A DNA stretch of 64,000 nucleotides, taken from NCBI GenBank assembly GCA_021806565.1, contig JAJZXK010000001.1, positions 32,314 to 96,313 of the forward strand, in the 5' to 3' direction. Every line of letters starts with the position of its first letter. Position 1 is the stretch's first letter. The notes below the pieces were generated by a model, which saw only the letters and a list, made by a program, of their open reading frames with translations, searched no databases and had not been told where the DNA came from. The stretch comes from Bacillota bacterium. GTDB taxonomy: Bacteria > Bacillota > Sulfobacillia > RBS10-35 > JAJYVN01. Positions 21,720 to 31,858 of this stretch are shown one piece after another. Made by a program: the position numbers and the translations under genes.

Positions 21720-22328
21720 ATGCGGGTGGCGGTGACCGGTGGCACGGGCCGCTTTGGTACGGCCCTGGTGGAAAGGCTGGCGGCGTCTGGAGCGGGCGGC
21801 CAACGCGGCCGCCGTGGCCGCCAGCCAAGTGGACAACGCCGTCCCGGTGGAGGGGGCCCGGAATGAGGCCGCAGTTGCCGCCGCGGACATCATCGTGTTG
21901 GCGGTGCTGGCCCGCGGGCATGCGGAGACGCTGCGGGGGGATCGCCGCCTGCACCCGGGGCAAGGTGGTGGTGGATACCTGTGTCTGCCACCATCCTGAC
22001 GGCGGTGGGCATTGGTTGGCGCCGCCGGAGGCTCGGCGGCGGCCAGGGCAAGGCGGTCTCCCGCGGCCTGCGCTTCCCTCGCCCCTTCCTGGTGGGCGAC
22101 ACGCTGTTGGTGTCCGACGGGGACGGCGCGCGCGATGGGGCGTGGCAGATCCTGTCCGCCCTGGGCCTGGGTTGGGTGGACGCCGCCGGCCCGGAAGCGG
22201 CGGCCGCCCTCGAGCAGGTGGCAGCGCTTGTCGCGAGGCTGGAAGACCGACGGGGCGTTCCGCCTCCGGCCCTGCGCCTGCACTGGGCCGGGCGCGGCCC
22301 CTTGCCCGCGGCACCGATGGGCGGCTAG
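21720..22328 (+). pseudogene. NADPH-dependent F420 reductase-like Rossmann oxidoreductase, disrupted by three +1 frameshifts/deletion
   Basis: Homology jumps frames three times. Frame 0 gives MRVAVTGGTGRFGTALVERLAASG. Frame 1 gives VDNAVPVEGARNEAAVAAADIIVLAV. Frame 2 gives GKVVVDTCV. Frame 0 again gives PFLVGDTLLVSDGDGARDGAWQILSALGLGWVDAG. Confidence 0.45.
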
Positions 22329-22452
22329 GGTGGTTTCCGGCGCACCCCGCCGGCCGAATCGTGGGGCAGGTCATGTTTGGCGCGCGGCGCGGGCGCATCA
22401 CCCCTGGGACGCTCCCCCGGCGCAGGCTGCGTAGAGAGGGTTAGGACCTGTC

Positions 22453-23541
22453 GTGGGCAAACGTCGCCGTCGTTTCCGACCCGGACCGATCCGCATCGCC
22501 TTCATGGCCACCGTCGGACTGGCGCTGTGTGCAGGCGTCTGGACGGCCTGCGCGCGGCGGGCGTCGCCTCCAGGCGCGCGTCCGCCCGCCACGGCGCCTT
22601 CGGCGGCCGGCCACACACCCACGTCGTCGTCCTCCTCACCCGCGGTGCGGCCGGTGACCTCGGTGCGGGTGCGGTCGCTGGGCGCGTTGCTGCCCACGCC
22701 CTTGATGGGCCTTGCGGCTGCGACCGTCGGCCGGCACATCTATCTCGTCGGTGGCGCGGGACCGCAGGGCTACAGCGCGGCGATCTACGCGTTTACCCCG
22801 CCGTCGGCCAGCGCGAAGGCCCGCATCACCAAGGTGGCGTCCCTCCCGGCGGGCCGCCATGACGGCGCGGCGGTTTCCAGCGGCGGCGCGCTACTGTTTT
22901 GCGGGGGGGGCCGCAACCGCGGCCACCGGGCGGTGTATCGCTACCGGCCAGGGGGAACGGTGCACCTGTTGGGCCGGATGTCCCAGCCCCTGTCCGACCT
23001 GGCCGGGGTGACGGCGGGGGGGACGGCCTATTGCCTGGGTGGATACAACGGCACGTCGCAGTACAGCGCGGCCGTCTACGCCGTCGGTGGCGCCACGGCC
23101 GCCCGCCAGGTGGCCACCCTGCCGCGGCCGGTGCGGTACGCCGCCGCGGCTGCGGCGGGGCACGGTATCCTGGTCGTGGGCGGCCGCACCAACGGGTGGC
23201 GGGCCGTCGCCGACATCCAGTGGGTGCCGTTGCGGGGCGGCGGCAAGCCGGTCGTCGTCGGAAGCCTGCCGCGGCCGCTTTATAAGGCCATGGGCGCGAC
23301 GCTCCCGGGGGCGGCACTGGTCATCGGCGGCTGCGGGCCGCACAGCCATGTCCATCGCCATGTGTATGCGTTGTCGGCGTCCGGGGCGGAGACCGGCGTG
23401 GGGCGCCTACCGACAGGATGGTGTTACGGCGCCGCCGCGGTGCTGGGGGGGCGCGTCTACGTCTTCGGCGGCCACGGGCCCAGTGGTCGACCGTCCGATC
23501 GGGTCTGGGAACTCATCCCAGGCCAAGGGGCCGGCGGTTGA
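22453..23541 (+). CDS. Kelch-repeat beta-propeller (lipo)protein
   Basis: Signal/lipobox-like N-terminus, then repeated Y..GG motifs typical of Kelch blades. Confidence 0.6.
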   Translation: MGKRRRRFRPGPIRIAFMATVGLALCAGVWTACARRASPPGARPPATAPSAAGHTPTSSSSSPAVRPVTSVRVRSLGALLPTPLMGLAAATVGRHIYLVGGAGPQGYSAAIYAFTPPSASAKARITKVASLPAGRHDGAAVSSGGALLFCGGGRNRGHRAVYRYRPGGTVHLLGRMSQPLSDLAGVTAGGTAYCLGGYNGTSQYSAAVYAVGGATAARQVATLPRPVRYAAAAAAGHGILVVGGRTNGWRAVADIQWVPLRGGGKPVVVGSLPRPLYKAMGATLPGAALVIGGCGPHSHVHRHVYALSASGAETGVGRLPTGWCYGAAAVLGGRVYVFGGHGPSGRPSDRVWELIPGQGAGG

Positions 23542-23637
23542 TCCCCCGCAGGCCGGCGGTTCGGCTGGAGATCGGGAGCGGGACGCGTTGCGGGCGGGGT
23601 TGCGCGGTGGTACCGTGAATCCAGGGGGAGTGGCACT

Positions 23638-25257
23638 TTGGCCGGTGCGCGCATCCAGGTCTACGACACGACGCTGCGGGACGGGGCGCAGCAGGTCGGT
23701 ATCTCCCTTTCACTGAAGGACAAAATTCAGTTACTTCAGGGCCTTGACGCCTTTGGCGTCGACTACGTCGAAGGCGGTTGGCCGGGCAGCAACCCCAAGG
23801 ACCTGGAGTTCTTCCAACAGGCGACGGCGTTGCCGCTCCGCTCCCGGTTGGCGGCCTTCGGCGCCACCCGCCGCGCGGGCGTCTCGGTGGAGGCCGACCC
23901 CAGCGTGCAGGCACTGCTGGCCAGTGGCACTCGGACCGTGACCATTTTCGGCAAGAGTTGGCTTTTGCACGTGCGTGAGGCACTCGGGACGACGGCTGAG
24001 GAGAACCTGGCGATGGTGCGCGACACCGTGGCCTTTCTCAAGCAGCACGGCCGCGAGGTCCTTTATGACGCTGAACACTTCTTTGATGGCGCCGCGGATG
24101 CGGACGGCGGAGCCTATGCCCTGGCGACCCTGCGGGCGGCGGCGGAGGCGGGCGCCGACACCCTGGTGCTTTGCGACACCAACGGCGGGAGTCTGCCCGA
24201 GCATGTCGCGGCATGGACCCGGCGCGTGCGCGACGAGTTCGGCCTGCCGGTGGGTATTCACACCCACGACGACGCTGGCCTGGCGGTGGCCAACGCAATG
24301 GCGGCCGTGGCCAGCGGCGCCGGGCAGGTGCAGGGAACGATCAACGGCTATGGGGAGCGGTGCGGCAACGTCAATCTGGCAACCCTGCTTCCCAACCTGG
24401 TGCTCAAGTGTGGCTATGACTGCACGGCGGCGTCATCGCTCGGAGAGTTGACCGCCCTGTCGCGGTTGGTCAGTGAGGCGTGCAACCTGCCGCCGGTGCC
24501 CGGTGCCCCGTATGTGGGGCCGAACGCTTTCGCCCACAAGGGTGGTGTGCACGTCAGCGCCGTCAATCGCAACCCCGCCACCTATGAGCATGTACCACCG
24601 GACGCGGTGGGCAACGCGCGGGAGGTGGTGGTCTCCGAACTGTCCGGCGCCAGCAACCTCGCATACAAGGCGCGTGAACTCGGGTGGGACTGGCTGACGC
24701 CTGAGGGGCGGCGGCTCCTCTTGGAGCGGGTCAAAGAACTGGAGTACGCGGGATATCAGTTCGAGGGGGCCGACGCCAGCTTCGAGTTGCTGGCGCGGCG
24801 CGTTCTCCATACCCAGCGGCCGTTTGTCGAACCGGTCGGCTATACGATCTCGGTCGCCCGGCGCAACGGGGCCGAGCCGGACGCCGAGGCGACGGTGCGA
24901 GTCCGCGTCGGCGGGCGCTTGCTGCACACCGTGGCCGACGGCGATGGGCCGGTGAACGCGATCGACCGCGCCCTGCGCAAGGCGCTGGAGGATCCCTACC
25001 CCGAGGTGCGCGACATGCGTCTGGCGGATTACAAGGTTCGAGTGATCGACGGCCGCGAGGGGACGGCGTCGCGCGTCCGGGTGCTCATCGCGACGGAGGC
25101 GCCCGACGGCTACTGGACCACGGTGGGGGTTTCAGACAATATCCTCGACGCCAGTTGGCTGGCGTTGTTGGACAGCCTGGAGTATGGGGTGACCAAGCGG
25201 CGGTTGCCCAAGTCCGCCGAGGCGCCTGCCGGCCCCGCGAGCGGGGCGGCAGGCTGA
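23638..25257 (+). CDS. cimA: (R)-citramalate synthase / 2-isopropylmalate synthase family
   Basis: IQVYDTTLRDGAQQVGISLS... HMGL-like domain plus a C-terminal LeuA-dimer domain, 539 aa. Confidence 0.85.
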   Translation: MAGARIQVYDTTLRDGAQQVGISLSLKDKIQLLQGLDAFGVDYVEGGWPGSNPKDLEFFQQATALPLRSRLAAFGATRRAGVSVEADPSVQALLASGTRTVTIFGKSWLLHVREALGTTAEENLAMVRDTVAFLKQHGREVLYDAEHFFDGAADADGGAYALATLRAAAEAGADTLVLCDTNGGSLPEHVAAWTRRVRDEFGLPVGIHTHDDAGLAVANAMAAVASGAGQVQGTINGYGERCGNVNLATLLPNLVLKCGYDCTAASSLGELTALSRLVSEACNLPPVPGAPYVGPNAFAHKGGVHVSAVNRNPATYEHVPPDAVGNAREVVVSELSGASNLAYKARELGWDWLTPEGRRLLLERVKELEYAGYQFEGADASFELLARRVLHTQRPFVEPVGYTISVARRNGAEPDAEATVRVRVGGRLLHTVADGDGPVNAIDRALRKALEDPYPEVRDMRLADYKVRVIDGREGTASRVRVLIATEAPDGYWTTVGVSDNILDASWLALLDSLEYGVTKRRLPKSAEAPAGPASGAAG

Positions 25258-25279
25258 GCGACGGTGCGGGCGTCTGGTC

Positions 25280-25486
25280 TCAGCGGCTCAGGCGTGCCGC
25301 CCATTTCCACGCATCGATCCAGACGATCACCATCACTAGGACGAAGGCCAGCACCCCGTCCCACGGACCGAGGGGTTTGACCAAGGTGGCGACGATCACG
25401 AAGGCGGCCGCCAGACCGAGCAGTTGCAGGGTGTCGCCGATGAAGAACTTCCAGAGATAGCGCCCGATCGCCGTAATGGTGTTCAT
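25280..25486 (-). CDS. small membrane protein (68 aa)
   Basis: Two hydrophobic helices. ATGA overlap with the upstream membrane-protein gene suggests translational coupling. Confidence 0.4.
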   Translation of the reverse strand: MNTITAIGRYLWKFFIGDTLQLLGLAAAFVIVATLVKPLGPWDGVLAFVLVMVIVWIDAWKWAARLSR

Positions 25487-26193
25487 GCCCGCTCACCCCC
25501 GGCCGAGGCGCGATTGGGCGCCGTGGACCGCAGCAGCGTCACTGCGAGCCAGGCCAGGACGAGGTTGCCGATCGCCAGCCAGATCACGGAGGCGTCCGCG
25601 CCCCACCAGTGGATCCCGAGTGCCTCACCGAGCCAGAGGGTGCCGAAGCTGGTCAGCATGACGCCGACCACGAACTTCAGCGCCACCTCGGGAACGCGGC
25701 CGAGCGGACCGCGGGCGATGGCCGCCGCGACCACGCAGAGCAAGGCGGCCGCTACCGCACCGACGATGGCCGAGCCCAGCGCCCCTCCGGTCACGCCCAG
25801 TGCCAGCACGATGAAGACGACCTCCGCGCCCTCCAGCAGGACCCCGTTGAACGCCATCAGGAATGCCGCGTGTGGTGATGCGTCCGCGTCGTCGTGGTGT
25901 CCGCCGCCGGGGCGCGGCCGGCCCAGGCGGACGGTGGCCTTAGAAAGCCACTTCACCCCGAACAGCAGGAGCAACCCCCCGATGATGGCGCGGAGCACCG
26001 GCAGCGGAACGGTGTGCAGTAGGCCGACGCCCAGCACCGCCACGGCCACGGCCAGGATGCCGGTCGCCGCGAGCGTCCCGTACAGCGCGGGCCCCCAGCT
26101 GGCCAGCGTCGCGGCGGCGATGACGATCACGGCCGCCTCCACAAATTCCACCAGTGCGCCGCCAAAGGCGGTGAACAGGTATCCCCAATGCAA
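25483..26193 (-). CDS. membrane protein with an internal duplicated (E-rich helix) repeat
   Basis: TTG start at 26193 preceded by GAGGGAGGG. Only the C-terminal 237 codons of the long ORF look coding. Confidence 0.5.
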   Translation of the reverse strand: MHWGYLFTAFGGALVEFVEAAVIVIAAATLASWGPALYGTLAATGILAVAVAVLGVGLLHTVPLPVLRAIIGGLLLLFGVKWLSKATVRLGRPRPGGGHHDDADASPHAAFLMAFNGVLLEGAEVVFIVLALGVTGGALGSAIVGAVAAALLCVVAAAIARGPLGRVPEVALKFVVGVMLTSFGTLWLGEALGIHWWGADASVIWLAIGNLVLAWLAVTLLRSTAPNRASAGGERA

Positions 26194-26340
26194 ACGCGTA
26201 CCCTCCCTCGCATCCCACGGTGACTTGCGGCCCGGCGCTACATCGCGCCCAAGCCATGCGGACGGATCCCGCCACCCCACCCTTTCGCACAAGCCTTCTC
26301 CACTACCATTCCTTATGCGGCCGGGGCCCCGTATCCTTCC

Positions 26341-26396
26341 GCCGCAAGCCGCAAGCCGCAAGCCGCAAGCCGCAAGCCGCAAGCCGCAAGCCGCAC
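26341..26396. repeat. heptanucleotide tandem repeat (GCCGCAA)x8
   Basis: Eight perfect 7-nt units seen directly. The repeat is intergenic, between a minus-strand membrane gene and a plus-strand GNAT gene. Confidence 0.9.
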
Positions 26397-26601
26397 GTGC
26401 GCAGGGGCGCATTTCCGCGGGGAGTCGCGATCCAGAGTCCGGGCATGGCGGGTCCGGTGGAGACGTTTTCGGGCCGATCGCCGACGTGGCGCCATTGGGG
26501 CGCATGGACTCAGGTCGTGGCGTCGTGTGGGCCGCAGGTGGGCCGGGCCCCGGGGCGAATCGGCGCCCGGGGGCGGTGTGGCGGTGGCCAATCGGATACC
26601 G

Positions 26602-27057
26602 ATGTCCGAGGTGCGGCTGGCGGCGGCGGCCGTCGGCGCCGATCCGGAGTTTGGCACCCGTCTGGCCGCGTACTGGCGCGACCTGGGGGTCGAGCCGCCG
26701 GCCGCATGGCATCTTCAATACATGCGCCGCCTGCTGGTGGAAAACGGCCGCTCCCGGCACGCCTTTTGGGGTGAGTGCGCGGGCGCCCGCGTCGGTTTGG
26801 CCATCCTTCGTCTGGAGGAGGACTGGATGTGGCCGGCCCGGCGTGTGGGCCACATCGCGGAGTTCACCGTCTTTCAGCCCTGGCGGCGCCAGGGCCTTGG
26901 CAGGGCGATGGCCTGGGCCTGCTGCGATTGGCTGCGGGCGCAGGGCTGCGCTTCCATCGAACTGGACGTGCTGCCAGGCAACGTGCGGGCGCACGCCTTT
27001 TGGACGGCGGTCGGCGGCGAGGCGATCTGTGTCCGCATGCGGCTGCCCCTGCGCTGA
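26602..27057 (+). CDS. GNAT family N-acetyltransferase
   Basis: HIAEFTVFQPWRRQGLGRAMAW is a GNAT acetyl-CoA-binding motif. Confidence 0.7.
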   Translation: MSEVRLAAAAVGADPEFGTRLAAYWRDLGVEPPAAWHLQYMRRLLVENGRSRHAFWGECAGARVGLAILRLEEDWMWPARRVGHIAEFTVFQPWRRQGLGRAMAWACCDWLRAQGCASIELDVLPGNVRAHAFWTAVGGEAICVRMRLPLR

Positions 27058-27204
27058 CTCCAGCGGCCGGCCCCCTGTCCTTGGCCGTCCGGGCTGGATT
27101 CGACCGCGGCCGGATGGACGGCGTGCGCTTGTACCCCGGTTGGACCCGGGCGTAGACTGCGCCATGGTCCATGATGCCCGTGTGGCGATACGGGGGGGCG
27201 GCCG

Positions 27205-28050
27205 GTGGCTGCGGCGGGGTTTGCCTGGGGGAGTCGCACGTTCGTGATGGGGATCGTGAACGCGACCCCCGATTCGTTTTCGGGGGACGGCTGTGGCGCG
27301 GACGTGGAGGGCGCCATCGCGCGGGGACTGGCCCACCTGGACGCCGGCGCCGACATCTTGGACGTGGGTGGCGAGTCCACGCGGCCGGGTGCCCAGCCGG
27401 TGGCGGCGGAAGAAGAATGCGAGCGCGTCGTGCCCGTGATCCGCGGCTTGAGGGCCCGCACGCAGGCACCGCTTTCGGTCGACACCTTCAAGGCGGAAGT
27501 GGCGCAGGCCGCCCTGGAGGCCGGTGCCGATATCGTCAACGACGTCTGGGGGTTGCGGCGGGACCGCGCCATCGCGTCCGCCGCGGCCCGCTTCGGTGCC
27601 ACACTGGTCATCGTGCACAACCGGCCCGCCGAGGCGACCGTCGATCCGCTCGGCGGGATGTATCCGCGGGCGGTGTACGGGGACGTGGTGGCCGAGGTCG
27701 CGGCGGAACTCCAGGAGGCGGCGGGCTGGGCATTGGCCGCGGGGGTACCGGCCGAGCGCATCTGGCTTGACCCCGGGTTGGGTTTCGGCAAGACGCCGGC
27801 CCAGAGCCTGGAACTGCTGCGGCGCCTAGGCGGGTTGCGTCTGGGGTATCCACTCTTGGTGGGTCCGTCCCGCAAGTCGTTCATCGGCCGGACTCTCGGA
27901 CTGCCGGTGGGCGAGCGGGACGAGGGCACCGCGGCGGCGGTGGCGCTTTCGGTCGCCTTCGGCGCGGATGTGCTGCGAGTCCACGACGTTCGCACCATGG
28001 TGCGCGTGGCGCGGATGGCCGACGCGGTGTGCCGCGGCGGTCCGGCGTGA
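27205..28050 (+). CDS. folP: dihydropteroate synthase
   Basis: MGIVNATPDSFSGDG...ADILDVGGESTRPGA DHPS signature. Confidence 0.9.
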   Translation: MAAAGFAWGSRTFVMGIVNATPDSFSGDGCGADVEGAIARGLAHLDAGADILDVGGESTRPGAQPVAAEEECERVVPVIRGLRARTQAPLSVDTFKAEVAQAALEAGADIVNDVWGLRRDRAIASAAARFGATLVIVHNRPAEATVDPLGGMYPRAVYGDVVAEVAAELQEAAGWALAAGVPAERIWLDPGLGFGKTPAQSLELLRRLGGLRLGYPLLVGPSRKSFIGRTLGLPVGERDEGTAAAVALSVAFGADVLRVHDVRTMVRVARMADAVCRGGPA

Positions 28051-29318
28051 ATCCCCTCTCGGAGGCCGACGTCTATCGCGGCTATGAGGCATTGCTTGGG
28101 TTGCCGGACAAGGAGCGGGGCGGCGCCGATCTGCTCGGCTGGGATCCCCGCCGCATGCGGCGCTGGCTGGGACGGCTCGGCGACCCCCAGTTGCAACTGC
28201 GCTGCACCCTGGTCGCCGGCAGCAAGGGCAAGGGATCAACCGCCGCCATGCTGGAGGCGATGCTGCGCGCGGCCGGCCGCCGCACGGGGCTGTATGCGCA
28301 GCCGCACCTGCACCGCTACGCGGAGCGGATCCGCGTCGACGGCCGGCCGCTCACCCCGCCGGCGAGCCGCGCCGCGTTGGACCACGTCCTGGGCTTGGCG
28401 CCCGGTCCGGTGACCGCCTTCGAGGCGGCAACGGCTGCGGCCCTATGGGTGTTCGCGCGGTCGCGGGTGCAGGACGCGGTGCTGGAGGTCGGTTTCGGCG
28501 GCAGGCTGGACGCGGTCGCCGAGGCGGACCCGGCCGTGGTGCTGATGGCATCCCTGGAGTCTGAGCACGTGGACCTGCTCGGCCCGACGCTTGCAGATGT
28601 CGCGGCCCACGACCTGGCGCTGTGCCGCTACGGCCGCGTCTGCTGGTCCGTGCCGCAACCGCCTCCCGTCGACCGCTGGTGGGCCGACCGACTGCGGGCC
28701 CAGGCGGTGGACGGCGGGGTCGTTTCCCCACCCGAGGTGCTCGTGGGCGGGCGGGTGCGGTTGCGGACGCCGGCCGGTGCGGTCGACGCAGGCCTCCGTC
28801 TGCACGGTGCGTTCCAGCGGGTCAATGCGGCACTGGCCGCGGCGGGGGCGGCCAGCCTCGGCGTGGGACCCGGGGCGATGGCCGGCGGTCTGGAGGCCGT
28901 AAGCTGGCCGGGCCGTTTCGAATGCGTGTCGGACCGGCCGCTGGTGGTCGTGGACGGGGCGCACACCCCCGCCTCGGCCCAGGCCCTGGCGGCGGCGGTC
29001 CACTCCCTGGTCGGACCGCGGGGACGCGTCGCCCTCGTGGCGGGAATGCTGAGCGACAAAGACGCCGTCGGTTTTGCCTCCGCACTGCGGGTGCTGTGCG
29101 CCCGGACCGTCACGGTGGCACCGCGCCACCCCAGGGCACTGGATGCGGATGTGCTGGCCCGGGCCTTCGGGTCCGGGGCCGAACCCGCGCCCGACCTGGA
29201 AGCGGCCATGGCCCTGGCGCGGGCATGGGCCGGCGCGGACGGACTGGTGCTGGTCGCGGGCAGCCTGCACCTGGCGGCCGAGGCGCGGCTTGTGTGCGGT
29301 CAAAGTGCGTGCGTGTAG
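28029..29318 (+). CDS. folC: dihydrofolate synthase / folylpolyglutamate synthase
   Basis: LVAGSKGKGST Mur-ligase P-loop. Overlaps the folP 3' end. Confidence 0.8.
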   Translation: MPRRSGVNPLSEADVYRGYEALLGLPDKERGGADLLGWDPRRMRRWLGRLGDPQLQLRCTLVAGSKGKGSTAAMLEAMLRAAGRRTGLYAQPHLHRYAERIRVDGRPLTPPASRAALDHVLGLAPGPVTAFEAATAAALWVFARSRVQDAVLEVGFGGRLDAVAEADPAVVLMASLESEHVDLLGPTLADVAAHDLALCRYGRVCWSVPQPPPVDRWWADRLRAQAVDGGVVSPPEVLVGGRVRLRTPAGAVDAGLRLHGAFQRVNAALAAAGAASLGVGPGAMAGGLEAVSWPGRFECVSDRPLVVVDGAHTPASAQALAAAVHSLVGPRGRVALVAGMLSDKDAVGFASALRVLCARTVTVAPRHPRALDADVLARAFGSGAEPAPDLEAAMALARAWAGADGLVLVAGSLHLAAEARLVCGQSACV

Positions 29319-29670
29319 TCTGAGCTCCGGCGCACCCGGGATGGTGCCGGCGGGCCCCACGGATACGTCGTTACCGCTGCAGGAGGGCCGACCCCAGGGA
29401 CGTGAAGAGGGAGGGGCCTGCCGGTTCCCTTGCCTCGGTATGGCCGCGCAATACCTTGCCAATGAACCACAAGCGGTTCAGCTCGTCCGGGCAATGGATC
29501 CTGCGGAGCGGCTTTTCGCCCGCTTCGTCCACCCTCCGTCCGCAGCGATCTCTTGCAAGGCGCCACCACGGGCCACAGACCGCGGGTACGGTTTCGTGCC
29601 GTTGCAGGGATGCGGCGCCGCGGCGCCAAGGCCGCTGCGCCGCGCTTCGCCGGGACGCCAACTCGGCCGT

Positions 29671-30780
29671 TTACGGGCGCGGCGATTCCTGCAGGGTCGA
29701 GGCCCGCAGGCCTCCACGGGCGCGCCGCCAGCGCACGGCGGTACACAGCAGCCAAGCGGCTGGGCCGGCGGTCTGCAGGGTGCGGGTTGCTGGTCCGACC
29801 AAGTCCTGGGCGGCCACCTTCGGATCGGACAGGTAGAGCGCGGGCAAACCGCGGACGACGGTACGGTGGAAACCGGCCAGGGGCAGGTGCGCCACCGCCG
29901 CGTCGGCTTGGCGGCCGAAAACGACCAGCCGCGCGGCGGCCGCGTTCGCGTCCGGATACCAGAACGTGAAGTTCATGTCTCCGCCCCGCCGGTCCTCTTC
30001 GCGGTCGATCCAATAGTCCAGCAGGATGTGCAGCCCGGTCACCCACGGGAAGTAGGCGCGGCGCAGCTTCAGCGCGGCCGCCTCGTCCAGCGCGCCGGCG
30101 GCGGCGGCGGCGAAGAGAGCGAAGATACCGAGTGTGGAGCCGGTGGCGGCGGCGATCTCCCACCAGTCGAGGCCGGGGGCCTCCGCGGCAAGACCGGCCG
30201 CCCAGTCGCGGACGGCCTGTTCCCGTTGTCTGGGGCGGTGTTTGTGCTCCTGGAGGTCGGAGTACCAGGCCGCCAGGCGCGCGGCCTGGGTGCAAAAGGC
30301 CCCGCGCGCCCGTGCCGGCAGGCGCAAGACCTCCGCCTGACAGGTCGCCACCAGGGCGTCCAGGTAGCCACCGTCATCGCGGCGCGGATAGTCGTCGTAG
30401 AAGGAGGAACCGGGTGCCGTCGTCGACGGCGCCTGCACCGCGGCGCGCATGGCGTCGTGCAACCGGCGGAAGGCGGGCGCCCCGGCGGCGGGGGCGCGGT
30501 CGCAGAGGTTGTCCAGGTAGTCGCTGATGGTCTGTAGAGCGATGATATAGCGCAGGGCGGCCGGGGCGGCGCCCGCCGCGGCCAGGGCATAGATGGCGCC
30601 GCCCTCGCAGTGGAAGCGCTTATCGTGCAGACTGGCCAGGGCGTGGCGGCGCAACTCCGGATCCGGGATGGCGGCGGCCGTGGCCTGCCACGGAGCCATC
30701 GCCTGCGCCACGGCGCGGGACAGACCGGGCAGGGCGAGCACGACGCCGAGCGGGCTGGTCGGGGTACGCTGCACGTGCAT
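29671..30780 (-). CDS. ytpB: tetraprenyl-beta-curcumene synthase family (YtpB/DUF2600), sporulene pathway
   Basis: IIALQTISDYLDNLCDR is the DUF2600 signature. Start taken at the internal Met (MHVQRTP). Confidence 0.7.
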   Translation of the reverse strand: MHVQRTPTSPLGVVLALPGLSRAVAQAMAPWQATAAAIPDPELRRHALASLHDKRFHCEGGAIYALAAAGAAPAALRYIIALQTISDYLDNLCDRAPAAGAPAFRRLHDAMRAAVQAPSTTAPGSSFYDDYPRRDDGGYLDALVATCQAEVLRLPARARGAFCTQAARLAAWYSDLQEHKHRPRQREQAVRDWAAGLAAEAPGLDWWEIAAATGSTLGIFALFAAAAAGALDEAAALKLRRAYFPWVTGLHILLDYWIDREEDRRGGDMNFTFWYPDANAAAARLVVFGRQADAAVAHLPLAGFHRTVVRGLPALYLSDPKVAAQDLVGPATRTLQTAGPAAWLLCTAVRWRRARGGLRASTLQESPRP

Positions 30781-30893
30781 GCGGTCAGCATACCCGCTGT
30801 CCGCCGCGGGCCGGAAGGCCTGGACCCGGCAGGGGCTGGTCGCCTCGGGGACGAAGTGCCACGCGGCCGGGAGCCGGAGGGAGAGGGTGCCAG

Positions 30894-31790
30894 GTGCCGG
30901 GCGTCGTCCGGCGGGTCGGAGTGCTCGTCCATGCCGACAAACCTGGCGCGCTTCCACTGACGGCGCGGTTGGTGGCGTGGTTGCAGGCGCGCGCCGTGGA
31001 GGTTGCGGTGCTGCCGGAGGTGGGCGCGGCGCTGGGCGGCGGCGTGTCGGTTTGCCTGTTGCCCGAAATGGCCTCGCAGTGCGGTTTGGTGATGGTGCTG
31101 GGCGGGGATGGGACGCTGCTGGGTGCGGCCCGGCGGACGGCGCCGTACGCTCCGGCCCTCTTGGGTGTCAATCTGGGGCGCCTCGGGTTCTTGACCGAAT
31201 TGGAGCAGGCGGAACTGTTTGCCGAGCTGCCGGGCATCCTGTCGGGCCGCTTCGAGATCGACGAACGTGCCATGCTGGCCGCGGTGGTGCGCGGCGGTGC
31301 GTCGGAGGCGCAGACCTACCTGGCGCTCAACGACGTGGTCGTTGCCAAAGGACCGTTCTCGCGCCTGATGCGCTTGTGCGTGCGCTCCGGGGGGCGCGAG
31401 GTGGCCGCCTACCCCGGCGACGGGGTCATCCTTTCCACCCCCACCGGGTCGACGGCATACGCCCTTTCTGCGGGTGGACCCATCCTGCATCCGCAGGTGC
31501 ACGGAATCTTGATCACGCCCATCTGTCCGCACAGTTTTTATGCGCGACCGACGGTGGTCGGCGCTGGCGAGCGGTTGCGGGTCGAGGTCTCGTCCGTCGC
31601 CGGTCCGCACGGCCCGGTGGATGTGGCGCTGACGGTCGACGCCCAGGAAGGCCGATCCCTGAGGCCAGGCGAGTGGGTCGATGTCTCCGCTGCGCCACAG
31701 CGTGCCCGCCTGGTCCGCCGGCCCGGCTGGAACTTCTACGAGGTGTTGCGCGGCAAGCTTGCCGATGGCGGTGTTCGTGGAGGCGGCTGA
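30894..31790 (+). CDS. nadK: NAD kinase
   Basis: VMVLGGDGTLLGAAR and NDVVV...GDGVILSTPTGSTAYALSAGGP. Confidence 0.9.
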   Translation: MPGVVRRVGVLVHADKPGALPLTARLVAWLQARAVEVAVLPEVGAALGGGVSVCLLPEMASQCGLVMVLGGDGTLLGAARRTAPYAPALLGVNLGRLGFLTELEQAELFAELPGILSGRFEIDERAMLAAVVRGGASEAQTYLALNDVVVAKGPFSRLMRLCVRSGGREVAAYPGDGVILSTPTGSTAYALSAGGPILHPQVHGILITPICPHSFYARPTVVGAGERLRVEVSSVAGPHGPVDVALTVDAQEGRSLRPGEWVDVSAAPQRARLVRRPGWNFYEVLRGKLADGGVRGGG

Positions 31791-31858
31791 GGCGCCGCCG
31801 CGGGTCGAGCCGGCTGTACCGGCGCCCTGCCGCCGGGTGAGGGGAGGTCCGACCCAGG

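Noticed and set aside
26194-27618. N-terminal 1.4 kb of the 711-aa minus-strand ORF 25483..27618
   Set aside because: Only the C-terminal 237 codons (TTG start with strong RBS) look like a membrane protein. The rest runs through the heptamer repeat and is antisense to the GNAT and folP genes.
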